A stretch of 64,000 nt of DNA from Paramecium tetraurelia (lineage: Eukaryota): the NCBI GenBank assembly GCA_000165425.1, contig CT868676.1, positions 128,981 to 192,980 of the forward strand. The letters are read 5' to 3'. The notes under the pieces were generated by a model, which saw nothing but the letters and a program-made list of their open reading frames with translations, was not told the DNA's origin and did not search any database. Made by a program: the position numbers and the translations under genes. This document shows positions 1 through 13,556 of the stretch, in pieces. How positions within the stretch are numbered: position 1 is the first letter of the stretch; every line of letters begins with the position of its first letter.

Positions 1-984
1 CTCTCAATTACGTGTAGATTGCAATGGTTTTCAGAGATTTGCTGGATGCCAAAAAGGTGCTCCGAGAAATCAAACTATTGAGTATTTGTAACCTTTAAAC
101 TTAGGGTTCTTCGATAATCCCAATATAGTTAAATTATTGGACATCATTGTTCCCGACGATTAGGACACCTACAAGGATTTGTATTTGGTGTTTCAACTCA
201 TGCATCTGGATTTAGAGAAAGTCATCCAATCTCCTCAACCTCTGACAGACAAGAAGATCAATTGGTGCATGTATCAAATCATCAGTGGCTTATATTATAT
301 GCATTCAGCCAACATCATCCACAGAGATCTCAAACCAAATAATATATTTATAAATGCGAATTGCCATATAAAAATTGGCGATTTGAATTTAGCAAGAAAA
401 TAGGAAGTAGAAAACGCCTCCATTCAAACCGATTATGTTGTTCAAAGATGGTACAGAGCACCAGAGGTTTTGCTCTCTTCCAGCGAGTACACCAAAGCCA
501 TAGACATCTGGTCTCTGGGCTGCATTTTGGGAGAGCTTTTAGGAAGAACCATTTTGTTCAAAGGCATGCATCACTAAGAACAAATTGAAAAAATCGTTGC
601 TGTCCTAGGGAAACCCAAGTAGGAAGATTTGCCATATGAAATTGACGAATAATCTACTGAATTTCTGTAGCAATTACCAGAAAGAGAAGCCATCAAATGG
701 GCTGACTTTTTTCCCTTCGCCTCTCCTTTAGCTCTGGATTTGCTCGAACATATGTTAGTAATTAAATTCTATTAACCTTAATTCAGGTCTACAATCCGAA
801 TAAGAGATATACAATCTAATAGTGCATCGAGCATCCCTATTTCAAGCAACATTATATCGACCATCCACCTCAAGTTTGTCACGAATCCTTCGATTGGTCC
901 TTCGATGATATTGAACTTAAGGAGCAAGCCTTGCGAAAAGCTTTGTATTAAGAAGCACTTGAGTTCTTAAAGCCAAAAAAATGA
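1..984 (+). CDS. MAP kinase (5' end outside window), TDY activation motif, atypical DLN in place of DFG
   Basis: Code-6 translation gives [50 protein letters not shown] and [13 protein letters not shown]. Introns at about 82-104 and 758-786; TGA at 982-984. Confidence 0.92.
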
Positions 985-1010
985 TAGTAATATTGATTTT
1001 TATACTTAAA

Positions 1011-1695
1011 TCAAGTAAAAAATTTTCTCTACAAATGCAATTAAGGAAAGGCTTGCATCATGTTAATTTTTTTAGGCGAAACTTTTTGTTCCTTTATAAA
1101 GAAGTTATTCGCAAATGTGAATGCACACTCATCTCGAGTACTTGGTGAACTTTGCTTAGATTCAATTTGAGGCAGCATAGAACGTTTGTAATTTTGAGAG
1201 ATTGATTGTTTATCTAAAAAGTATCCGTAATCATCTGCAGTATTCTATTTCTCATGAGTCTGCAATAAACTACGTGAATTTCTTTGAGATAAAATCAGCT
1301 CAGGTATCTCTTTTCTTTGTCTCATCCTCGTATCAATTATTTTCTGTTTCTAATTTATTGTTAATCGAAGTCTTTCATTCTCAGAGATTATCCTCTTGAT
1401 CTATTCAATCGGATCTACTTTTTTAATAGTAACTAATTATTTTTGTGAACTGCTGTTGAAGAAGTTGAATCGATTTTTTGTTTCATCTTCACACGGCGAT
1501 ATCAAACCTTATAAGAGATTATTTTCTCGAGATTCCCTAACATTTGTTGATGGTGTAACTAGGGCATCTGTCAATATTCTGTCTAAAATAAGCAAAAATC
1601 ATCATACCAGGCAATTGATGAGTCTTTTTTAATTTAAGTCCAGCCTTTTTTTTTAATATTATTTTTTAGCCTTGATCCTTGTTTTTTAGGTCCAT
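1011..1695 (-). CDS. Hypothetical low-complexity protein
   Basis: ATG at 1695 (MDLKKQGSR...), reading to ...HLQRKFFT-TGA at 1011; one probable tiny intron near 1590-1610; no recognisable domain. Confidence 0.6.
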
Positions 1696-2315
1696 ATCTG
1701 ATCTAAGAAGTATAATTTTATATTAAAATTAATTATGCTATTCACTGATAATTTTGATACTACAAAAAACAATCTAAAATAATAAGATCTTCATATCAAA
1801 CTTTTTATGTCAATATTACTATATTATATCAATTGTTGAATTTACTTATTGAAAAATTAAATTCTTTTATGAAATCAAAAGAATAATTCCCTTTTAAATT
1901 AATCTAACCTTAAAAATTAAAAAGTTATATAATATCTATAAATAGAATCAGAAATTGATATTATCTTTGAGGATCTTTTACATACATATCATAAATAGTT
2001 TTGTTTTAATAATGAAAGATATTGTATTAGCAACTCTGATTATGACGTCAAATATATCATCATGTAATTTCTATTCTAAAATAAAAAATAGTTTTGTAAT
2101 ATTTACAACTTTCATAAATTTATAGCCAAAATACATATCAGAAATTTATTATTTAAGAAGATAGAATTAGATAGCAAATTAAAAACATAAACATTTTATA
2201 GGATTGTCTAATAATCATAGTAACTAAAAGAGGATAAAATAAATTGATTAACAATATCTATAGATATGTATTAAACAATTCAAGTTAATTTTTGTTTAGT
2301 TTAGAAATTGATTTA

Positions 2316-3236
2316 TCAAAATATTTGGCATTTCACACAAGCCTCAGGTTAGTTGTCGTATCTGTTATTTTTAATTTCCTCTTATTTGAATAAGGGATGT
2401 TATCTTTTATTAATTTTATTTTAATCATCAACCAAATCCAAGGAGGCCATTGATTCATACTAAAGGGATTTTGCTTTTTATTTACTCTACTAGCAGATCA
2501 TACTTTCAGTTGAGAGGGATTTACTCTTAATGATATCAAATAAATTGTCTCTATACTCGTCAATTAAGTTCAACAAGATTATGTATTTATGAATTTAGCA
2601 TGATATTTTAATAAATGTTTAATCATTAATAATACCTAAAAATTTCTCATTCAATTGATTAAAGTGGTCATTATTGTTAATTTGTGATTATTGAAACTAA
2701 TATTGCAGATTCTCTATCTCATTTGATAAAATCTGAGATAATCTGAAAATGTAAATTTTTTCGAATTCATTTTCTGTATAGTTCTCAACATCCTAAACAT
2801 CGTTGAGTTCTGATAAATCATTTAATTACTATAGAATCAGTTATTTGATTCGCTTAATATTACTAAAATCGTAAGAAATAGTTACTGCTTGCTTTCTTGA
2901 TAAATTAAGGGGGCTTACTTTTTTTTTAGATTTGAAGGAATTTGGAAAAAGATGTCCAATTAAAGCTTAAGGTCCTACAGAGCATTACTAATCGATTGTA
3001 ACTTAAAGATATTGTAATTGAATACTTCCATAATTTTGTAGGAGTAGTTTCTAATGATTTTGGGATCGACATTTCCAATTTCATATTTTATTTGATCGAC
3101 AATTAACTAAACATGAATTAGTAGATGATACATCGATATCATGTTGATAATCACATGGAGGAGTTTTGGATTGTTGTTATTATTGATCAACATTCTCAAA
3201 AAGCCTTTAAGTGAGCAATATAACTTTAGGAATCAT
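2316..3236 (-). CDS. Hypothetical protein with C-terminal CaaX-like end (CVKCQIF)
   Basis: ATG at 3236 (MIPKVILLTQRLFEN...); the 3' frame ends ...QPEACVKCQIF-TGA; internal splicing not fully resolved. Confidence 0.6.
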
Positions 3237-3268
3237 TAATTATGTAATACAATAATTTTTATGTAATA

Positions 3269-3914
3269 TCATAGATTGTATTTTTTTTTTTAATTGCTTG
3301 ATAATTCCTTCTCCATTCCTTTCGGCCTTACTAGAATATCTTGCCCCTATAAAACACTTTTCATAATTTATTCATCCAAGACATATTGATGTTTGAAAAA
3401 CATGGTTTTGGTGGTACTACCTAATTTGTACTTGAACATCGGTATTCTCAATGAAGGATGAATGAAATAGGCAAAGCCTCTAAAATGTTCAATATCAATG
3501 GAGAATGTTCTACTATTCAATCCAAAGAGTGAATATGAATCCATCACGATTGATTTTCCATTCGGTGACAACCACAAATTAAAAAGAGTTTTATTTGTTT
3601 TCCAATAAAAAAATACCATTCCTATGCCAAGAACTGCCATCATGATTATCGAATTTTCCATTCCAGACCTATAGGAAGCAGCAGTCAAATCTTATATATA
3701 CATTAAAAGTAGAAATACCATTTAATGCATATTATGAATTTTCTTTGTCTTGCATATAAGAATATGCATTATATCCAATCAGTCCTAAGTAAAATGCATT
3801 GAAAAGTTTGATGTTTCTTCCTTCAGTTGATTTGTAGATACTTAACAAGTCTCCATTAGGAAATTTGGATGGATCAATATAGACACTAAATTTATTGATT
3901 ATTTTATAAATCAT
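3269..3914 (-). CDS. Two-TM membrane protein, TMEM70/TMEM186/TMEM223-like (probably mitochondrial)
   Basis: Joins track ORFs 3732-3914 and 3368-3688 across a tiny intron. Two hydrophobic segments are followed by the beta-rich 'LWLSPNGKSIVMDSYSLFG...FSIDI' domain; family assignment is by recall. Confidence 0.6.
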
Positions 3915-4125
3915 TAAAAAAGATGGTTGTATGAAATTTAATATTTCTTTATTTCATGATAAATATATATATATTTATGAATTCAGATGACTATATGAAA
4001 ATAAATGATGATTATTATAGAAATCAATTCGATACATTAATTTATGTGTAAATACTAATAATTACATTAGATATCTAAATTATACATAATTAATTGTTTA
4101 ATTTTCAAAATTTACTCTTCGTAAA

Positions 4126-5906
4126 ATGTCTCAAAAAGCGTATCAAAGTATCATGGATGCCAACATTTCAGCTACTTAATTGCTACAAGAAGGTAAACAA
4201 GAATAAAATAAAAAATAGAAAAGTACAATTAAGGGTATTAAATATTGAGGAGAATTGAAACTACTTTGAAACAAGAAAAGGAAGCTCCTACTATTCCATT
4301 ATCATAAATTAATCATCTTCTCTCTGTGGTAACCAACAACATTGGTTGTTTTTATTATATGTAAATTTCATTCATTTTAGTAACAGGGTTGACAAATTTC
4401 AAGCAGCTGAGAAATATCTCAAATAATCGATCGAATACTTACAATTATCCATTCCAGATGAAACCTTGCTTATCACTTTAATTAACTTAGTTATTCTCTT
4501 TATCAAAAATGAAAAATATTAAGAAGCTAGCAGATACATTGAATAAAGCTTTACTGAATTGAATTAATTGCAAGATCAATAACTCAACCCCAAAATTAGG
4601 TTATTCTTGGGAGATCATTCCTCCATTATGACCTTGCAATCATTGGAAGCCATCTTACTCTTTTATAGTGGATTGACATTTTATGAATTAGGATAATCTA
4701 GCAATGCTCTCTAAGCTTGGAAAAAAGTGCTTGACATTTTACAAACAAACACCAAATCCCCTTATTACATTTTGACCAAATCAAAAATTCAAAATTTAGA
4801 AGCTGAAAATGTATCCAAGAATAATAAAGGAAATCTATATTCCAGTAGGTCACATCTTAAGTCAGATAGAATCAATAAGATCTTAGAGTAGTATTCGAAA
4901 GATAATGAAAAGTAAAATTAACAAAGTTTTCGTCTATTGAGTTAGAAAATCAAGAAAAAAGTAAGTTTAATAATATAAAAAGATAGGTAATGACATTGGT
5001 GATTATCAATAACCAAAATGGTAGAATAAAATTGAGCACAATGAAAAGAAAATTGAAATCAATAATTACTTTAGTGATTAAAAGAAAATACAATTGCAAA
5101 TTAATGTCAAAGACCTTTTGCATCAGAAATCAATTACTTAGAGAGATAAAGCTAGAGACTTACCTCTCAGTTCACATTCTTCCAGTGTCAATTAATAACT
5201 AAACAAAGCATTAAAAAAGAGACCCACGCAACATATTGAAATTATTGAAAAGTTGAACAAAACACACAATGAAATTTATAAAAGCTATTTGGCCCAAAGA
5301 AGCAATAACGGAAGTAAAACCTAACGTGGAGATTCAAGTATGTATTTTATTTTCAATTTAGATATTGACATCAGAATCAAAGTAAATGATAAAAGTAATC
5401 ATTCTTAGAATACCATTCTACATAACAAAAGTCATGATAAAAAGTCTGTTGATCTTAGAGAATCACCCGAATTATGTGGAAGTCCTTAATAATTTTTTAA
5501 TATGCTATAATCAACCTAAAGTGTAATCAAAAGCCAATTAATGAGATCAGGCAGTTAAGGAAGCGTTTCATAAACATCTCCCTTTAGACTAGCATAAAGC
5601 TAGGGAGAATAACCCAAAAATACAAATAAACTACCTTATGATTATGCCAAAACTCATAGACCTATGGTTGATACTTATGATAAAGCCATTAAAGAATTAT
5701 ATTAGAATTAATATATCCAAATTGAACATAAAAAATTCAATCGAATATATGATTTGGCTTAAAGTGTTAAAAATAGAATATCGACTATTAATTCAATGCT
5801 AATTCAATAAGAAAAAAATTAATAAATCCTTTAAAAACAATTTCAATAAGAGTTCAATTAATCATAAGATGAAGACAGTTGTGAGACTATCATAAGCATG
5901 GACTGA
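4126..5906 (+). CDS. Protein with N-terminal TPR-like helical repeats and a low-complexity C-terminus
   Basis: ATG 4126; helical repeat segments such as LLSVVTNNIGCFYY..FQAAEKYLKQSIE and LLITLINLVILFIKNEKYQEASRYIEQ; several tiny introns; TGA 5904-5906. Confidence 0.6.
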
Positions 5907-6604
5907 ATTAAATAATATATAACCACTATTAAATATAAAATTGCAATTATATCCTTATCTTAATTTCATTGATAATCATTATAATAGTTACTAGTCTAAT
6001 ACCTTTACTTTTTTTCAATTATTATTATTATAAAATTTAAACTCAAAAATTAAACACATGCATCAATAGATTAACAATTGTAATTTAATAGGGACCTAAT
6101 GATATAAAATTATAGATATTTATTAAACAAATATAAAAATGTTAAGTGTAGAATATAAATTAATTTTGACTAATTTGAAAACAAATGATTTTAATATAAC
6201 TTAATTTTCTTTTCTTAAGATTAGAAATATCAAGCTTATTGTATTAAAATAAGTTTAATGTATACGATTAAGATAATCATAAATATTTCAGGGATTTTTT
6301 ATTATATTTATTCTTGTATTATCTAGTTTAAACGCTAAAGATTATAGGAGTCTATTTAATATATAATATCTAAAGAATTAAATTAAATATTTGGCATTAA
6401 TATTATGTATAGAGTTAGTTATGGATTTAGGTCAAATTTTGATATAAATGATATAAGGACTTGCATAAAATTTTGATGAATGATGATTTTAATCGATTAT
6501 ATTAATTATTCGCAAATATCTCTTGCCTAAAAAATTAAAGGGTATTTCTAAAAGTAAAGGAGAGTTGAATTCAAACTCTTTCTATGATCCTAATAATTAA
6601 TTTA

Positions 6605-7329
6605 ATGAATTAACAATAGGAAATAAGTGCCAAAGAAAACAGTGCCGATTTTTCTACTACATAATAAGAGTGTCGAAATGGAAATGCTGCTGAGCATTAA
6701 CTGTCAAAAAAAGAATAATTCTTACTTAAGTGCACTAAACATTAAGACATTATGATTTATAAAAAGAGATATCAAGTTGGCGATAGTGTATTAATAAAAA
6801 CAACTAATCAAATTGAACAGATTGGCTTGATTCTAAACTTTTATGGATATCACCAAGACGATAAGACAATAGTTCCTTTAGTTGAAGTTTAATGGTAAAT
6901 GTAATTTTGTGATTTTAGGTATTGTACTTATTAAGACCTTGCAGATTCAATTGATAAAGACTCCTTTTCTGAATGTGAATTGTTCTTAACTGAGCAGACC
7001 ACTATCATATTCATAGATTGCATCTAGGCAAAATGTTTTGTAATGAATATTGATGAATTTGAAAACACTGGAACTTAGAATGCCTATTTTACTAGATCCA
7101 AATACAACACTTTGACTAAACAATTAGAGCCACCAATTTCTTAATGGAAAAAAGTTTGTATTTGTGAATAGCCTCAAAATCCTGTAAATTATTTTATTAT
7201 TATAATCAGGATTTATTGTACATCTAATGCGATCAATGCAACAAGTGGTTTCACTTATCATGTATGGGATTAACATAGGAATAAGCAAATCAGATGGAAC
7301 AATATAGTTGCAAAATATGTAAAAAATGA
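6605..7329 (+). CDS. BAH-PHD chromatin reader (EBS/SHL-like architecture)
   Basis: BAH: YQVGDSVLIK...VEVQWYCTYQDL...SECELFLTE...CIQAKCFVM. PHD: VCICEQPQNPDLLYIQCDQCNKWFHLSCMGL...YSCKIC. Two tiny introns. Confidence 0.9.
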
Positions 7330-7343
7330 GTGTATGTTTTTAT

Positions 7344-10300
7344 TCATATTATAAACTTATTCATTAATTTATTTGCGTTAACATTATTGATAATGGACTT
7401 AATTTGATCCATCTTCTTTATTGCTTAAATTGCTTTAATAGGATTGCTTTTTTGACTTTAAATTAAATTCTTTTAAAGAGAAATGCTTTCTCCATATAAT
7501 GAATTTAATTTGGCTAAGATTAATAGGAACAACTGACATACCTTCAGTCTCACTAATAACTGATTCATCCATGAATAACTGATTATCTTATTCATCAGGA
7601 AACTTTTTATTCCTTCTAAGAATCCTTTTCATAGATGTTTAGGGTCTCCCACAATACTCTTTAGGCTTACCAACTCTTTCACTAGCTAAACTAATAAATG
7701 ATTGATAATCACTTTTTCTTACTTATAATTGTCTAAATTCCCTAATTTTTCAGTCAATTTTGATATCTATTAAGTAGGTAATAGTGGCATTTAATTCAAA
7801 ATATAATCTGAAGAGGCTCTAAAGGACTAGATTCATTAAATTTAAATCATTTAGTACTTTAAGGTGGTTGCTGTAAATCAGCTATGGTTATATATTCTAT
7901 TGTTTGAGTCTGGATAGTTTAAAGCCTATTTGGTTGTCTGACTTTTATCTAAGATTATTGAATAAAGTACTTAATAATTGCAATCTGTTTTGCTCTTATC
8001 TTAATTTTATTGTTGAATTCTTGTATTCATCAAATGATATAAATACTTTATTAATTTTAAGATTCTATGTCATTTGATATATTTCTACTTTTTATTTCTT
8101 CTCTGAATTATGTAAATATTAAATTTAAATGGTTGAGTCTCTTCTCATTTTAATATTATTGTATTTATTTTGGATTATCCTTTTTACAAAATGGTTCATC
8201 CTCATAGTTGTTATCAACTTCTTGAATATATTGTTTAATCTCATTTAAATCTAATTAATTTTTTATGTCGGAACTTGTCTTCCTATTTAGGGATGGCTAA
8301 GTAAAATTAATGTTAAACTAACTCTGATGTGACATGAATTTGTTTTTCTAAACTTTTCAATCGCAATGTAGGGTTAAGTGTCAATAATTTCCTCATGAGC
8401 TTTATTGATTTGAATCCAATATTTTTTATTTGTACTTTGTCTTTAAGTGTGCTGAGAAGTTCCTCTGTTTAAATAAGACGAATCTATGCGACTAGTGGGT
8501 CTGTTAGTAGTTAAAGCTGACTCAGAAGTTAGTTTATTTGATTTCAGCATATAAATAAATAAATTCACAAATAGTAATTCCTCTTCACTAAATATGGTTT
8601 ATTATGACTGTTGCTCAACACACTGTTTTTTTGATAGCTGTCAAAACCTTCATTTGAAAAGTATTTACTATGCTGCACCATATTATTAGTGGGAGTTTGG
8701 ATGGTTGAGAAATTTAACTAAGTATTATTGTTGATTTGATTCGAATTGTTGACTTGAGTTTTAATACAACTCAGATTTCTAATGACCAAATTTTCTAGAT
8801 GATCAAGAGATATCAATATTGTATTGGTCGAGATCTCATTCACTTAAATCTTACTTAAATTAGAAACTGATAATTTCACTACTATGTCTTCAATCTTCTT
8901 CAAAATTTTAATTAATTAGGAATTAAAATCAGATATTATGCTAAATAAAGAAGATGATTTACTTCTCATAGTATTCCACATCTACTTAAACCCTAAGTTA
9001 TAATGTGTTATATTTTTATTCAATTTGAATTATATTTTGCAACTGATTTGTTTATCTCAAATATTAATCATTTAAATCTTAGTTGATTTCATTTTAATCA
9101 ATGATTTACTACTGCAATAATTCCATTTATTCAGTATATTCTTGTCTTTCCTATTAAAGTTTATCAAGATTTTAACTTAATTCTTAAACTTGCTGATTCA
9201 GATGAACTTCCTTCTCTATAAGACAGGAGTTTTATTAGAGTAGTGCTTAGTTCTATTATGTGATTGTTATTAGTTATTTACTATATGATTCAATCTGCTA
9301 TAATTAATTACTTTATTTCTCTTGATACTCCCCTAATTTCTGATGCAACATCAATTACTACTAAAAATCTTAGAGAGTTTATTTATTGATTCGAATCATC
9401 TAATCTAAACCCTATTATTACTTCTGAATGAGGTTGGTATTTCTTGATGATTTTAAATTGCTATCAAACTCACAAACACTATGATTATCTTAAATCTGTG
9501 TAAATTGAAGTTAACTTTGCTTATCATCAGACTGTCTAATTACCATTTGTATTTAAGATGCACTATCATTAAATTTTCTACTCAAATCCTTATTTTATTA
9601 TTCATAATCTTATAATTATCGTTAAAGTGTAGTAATCTATTATTGATATGTCATAATTTCATCCTACAATAGACTTTTGCTCTTATTTTACATCTCACTT
9701 ATTTCTTTGATGAAGTCCTCTTTCTCCATCACTTCAAGGTTGTATTATTCAATTTATTTTTACAATTGTAATATCATTACTTTCATCTCTTTTTATTTAG
9801 CATCTTAGTGGTCATTTTATTACTTTAATTGTTCAGCAATATCTTTCTACTTGTCAACATAATCTAACAATGATTCTTTTTCTTGCTCTAACTAATTGAT
9901 ACTTTAGTTGGCTAGTGTGAGTTTTGAAATTGCTTGTTGTATTGTTGCACTTAATTCTTGATTCTATCGTTAATATTCAGAAAAGTCAATTTATTCATTA
10001 AGATTGGCATTATAGCTCTAAATAATTCCCTACAAATCTTAGATCTATTTTTCATATTGTTCTTTCTGTTTTTTTAATTCCATGTAAAAGTCAACGCAGT
10101 TTCCATTATTTTATTTGATAACAAAAACTCCACAATTAAACAAATGTTTTTCCAACTCCAACTTCAATAAGTTATTGTAAATCACCAATTATTCATAACT
10201 CTAGTGATCACTTTCTACTGATTGATTATGATTACTATGATGCGTCGATTGAGTTGATTGTAATGGAACATATTATTACTTCAATTTATTCCAATATGAA

Positions 10301-10539
10301 GTAGGTTGACTGGGGGATTTCTTCTTAGTGTAATTATTGGGAGGCAGGCCACTATTGTGATATTTATTAATAAAATTTGAATCTTGTTGCGATTACTTTT
10401 TGTTCATGTTAACTACTTAATTTTAACCAGATGAAGCAAAAGTGTATTCTCTATTTGAATGATGTATACTCTATGGCTTTTATTATTATGATGGGACTTC
10501 TAAAGCTTAACAATAGTTTTCAATATAATTTAAATTCAT
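7344..10539 (-). CDS. Large Gln-rich coiled-coil hypothetical protein
   Basis: ATG 10539 (MNLNYIENYC...); long Q/E/K-rich frame; intron near 8297-8322; stop at 7344. It could be more than one gene. Confidence 0.6.
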
Positions 10540-10555
10540 TAATATTTATATTAAC

Positions 10556-10765
10556 TCAAATATCATCATAAGCATTCTTGATCCCCTGTTTGAAAGTATT
10601 AAATAATGTTGAAATTGTTCTATCAGTTTTATAATATTCATCTCTTAAAGGCAAGAACAGCTTATGATGCAACGAGAAGTAATATGCTTGATCTAAGTTT
10701 ATTGCAAAATAAAATCCTGCTGTAAATCCAATTAATAAGTATCCAACTTACAACCTATTTATCAT
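10556..10765 (-). CDS. 69-aa single-TM microprotein
   Basis: Intronless frame MINRLQVGYLLIGFTAGFYFAINLDQAYYFSLHHKLFLPLRDEYYKTDRTISTLFNTFKQGIKNAYDDI-TGA, flanked by AT-rich spacers. Confidence 0.7.
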
Positions 10766-10935
10766 TAATATTTTTATTAAAATTAATAATGGTTTTTAGA
10801 CTATTCTAAATTGTTATTCATTAAATATGATTTAATTATTATACTTTTATTTTATTACTCTTTATATACTATATATATAGATTAGTTATCTTATAGATCA
10901 TCAAAATATAATAGATTTTGATCAAAATAGTTTGT

Positions 10936-12791
10936 TCAAGCAAACTTTTAGTTTTTTTCTAATGCATACTATCTCAATATGATGAATAGATTGGTATTAA
11001 ATTATTGTAATTAACTAGGTGAGTTATGAACGTTTAAATTAAGAGGGGCTGTTTAAAGATTAATAAATTTTCTAATAAGAACCTTATTAACAGTACGAGC
11101 CTATAATTTTGCTTTAATTATTCGATTTTTTGATGATCTGCCATATCAAATAAATTTGAAATACTCAATTTGGTCATTAAAACATCTGAAAGCAGATGTC
11201 ATTTGTAAATAGATTAATAAACATTACTTGAAAAAGTATTCGATAAATTATGACATTTTTAATTAAATTTATAATCATTATTTTAATCTATTAATAAAGC
11301 TTTGTCTTCTAAATTCTTTAAATAATTTTCTATCTTTTCTTCCTTTCAAAAATCTAGCAATAACTTTACAAGCCATATATTTCTCCACTTAAAGCTCCCA
11401 CTAATTGTTATACTTTTGCTTGTTCTCAGTCAACTTTTGAATTATTTAGTTTGCATGCTGCTCTTTATTATTTAAATCCTTAAATATATTGATTTTATTA
11501 TTACCTCAATAATCTGTTATTATCGACTAAATTTTTCTTACAGTTACTTTAATGTGAGTTTTGCCTAAGACAATTCTTCTTATCTTTTAGTATTGACCTC
11601 AATCATAATTTTCTCCTTCTCTTTAGTATCTTGTAAATCTTGAAACATTTTAGAAATGGTTTGGTTATTTTACAGCAAATACTTCTCTAGATCATTTCTC
11701 ATGTTATTTAATTCTTACTTTCGTTCCTTTGCATTTTTAGCTTTATAAACTACTTATTTTTTAGTTTTGGATGCCTTTAATAAACTTTCATTTGACTTAA
11801 CTTTTTTACTACTCTCTTAAACTTTATCTAATTTAATTTCAGATTATTTCGATTAATTCTCTTATAGTTGTTTCTAGACTTTAGGAATTTCATTTTATTT
11901 ATCTTCTACTTTATTGTCTTCATCCATTTCAAAATTTTCTTGTTCATATTCCAATTCATAATTATTATCTTTTTCATTATTTTTGATCTTCTATTAAATT
12001 TACACTTCTTTTTTGGGATCCTCCTCTTATTATTCAATCTTATTCAAAAAGGATTATGATATAACTAAATTGTTTTATAGAATTTCATTCATCCTTAATT
12101 ATTCAATATTATCGAGTTTTTATTAGATCTCCTTCTGTTGTTGTTTTAATATAATTTGGTTTTACTTGATGGAAGTTTAAATGACATCAGACTTTTATTA
12201 CCTTGATAGAAACCTTTCTAAATTCTATTTTTCAATAGATTCATATTTTTTATTATTAATAATGAACTAATTATCTAAATCAGCTTCATCCCAATCAAAA
12301 ATACCTGCATTTTTAATAAAGTCCTGGTTTTATTACTTTAAATTATTGTTATTTGGAATATCCATCTGTTATTTTGTAATTTATTATTATGAATGGTTTC
12401 CAGATTTTTTAAGAATGGTTTGCTGTTATTAAGGAAAATAGCAATTCGATTGAATGCTCGGAGCTGCTGTTGCAAATCCTTGATTTTTATCAAATTTCAC
12501 AGATTTAGCAGAAGTATTTTAAGGAAGGAGTTGTTTCTGTGTATATTGTTTAGAATTCAATCCAATAAGCTACTAACTCTATTCCCTTTGACCTTAATCC
12601 GTCATCTATCTCTAAGAACTCCATGGTCTGACAATGCTTTTCTAATTTTTCTTATCATCATCTTTTCCCTATTAATGATTTAGCTAAGAATTCTTTGATT
12701 ATGCACCTGTTTTCTAAGCTTATGGAGGAATATTTTCAAATATGGCGTCGTTGAAATCAAAATTTATCGAAGGTTTCAATAATTGTTTCAT
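10936..12791 (-). CDS. Hypothetical coiled-coil protein
   Basis: ATG 12791 (MKQLLKPSINFDFNDAIFENIPP...); E/K/Q-rich central part; 3' end approximate. Confidence 0.55.
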
Positions 12792-13556
12792 AAATTAATT
12801 TTCATTATTTATAATAAATCATTATATCATCAACTGAAGAGTTGACATAACATGGATCTGTTTAATTATTAGTCCTTAATGATAATGTCACTATGTTGTA
12901 TGATAAATTGCATAAATTTCAAAATACAATATTATTTGACATGAATGTATGTTTAGTTAACTTAAACTTCTAATGGCTGGATATACGTTTAGTAGCATAG
13001 TATGTTTTCTAGAAAACTAGAAATTTTAATTACCTTTTGGGTCATTAAATGAAAAGAACCTTTTATAAATAGTAATTCAAATTCATTCTTTAGTTAAATA
13101 AGGTATATTCTTTTTATAATCAATCATATAGTTCGCTACTTAAATAAAAATGATCCAAGAATATAGTTTAGATTTAAGAAATCTAAATTTAATATGCAAA
13201 AGTTGTTGATTTCTTCTTTCAGATTATTATTCTTATAAATTACAAACTAATAAAGCTTTTATTTTCATATTATTAAATTACTTGTTTAATTCATATTTTA
13301 TTCAATCAATAAATTGATAGTCTTATTGTATTAAAAATGAGTTAGAAATTTAATATAAACTAATTTTATATTATTTATATCTCATATTAAAAATATCAAA
13401 TAATATAAAGTCATAAAAGTTACAATTCTCATTTACCTGTAGATTAAAATATTTAAGTTTACATTATAGAAATATAACTAGAAGTGCAAAATTCAGTTTG
13501 AGAATGAAGTATGGGGAAAGCACATTTTAGATTTTATTTACATAATAATAATTATT

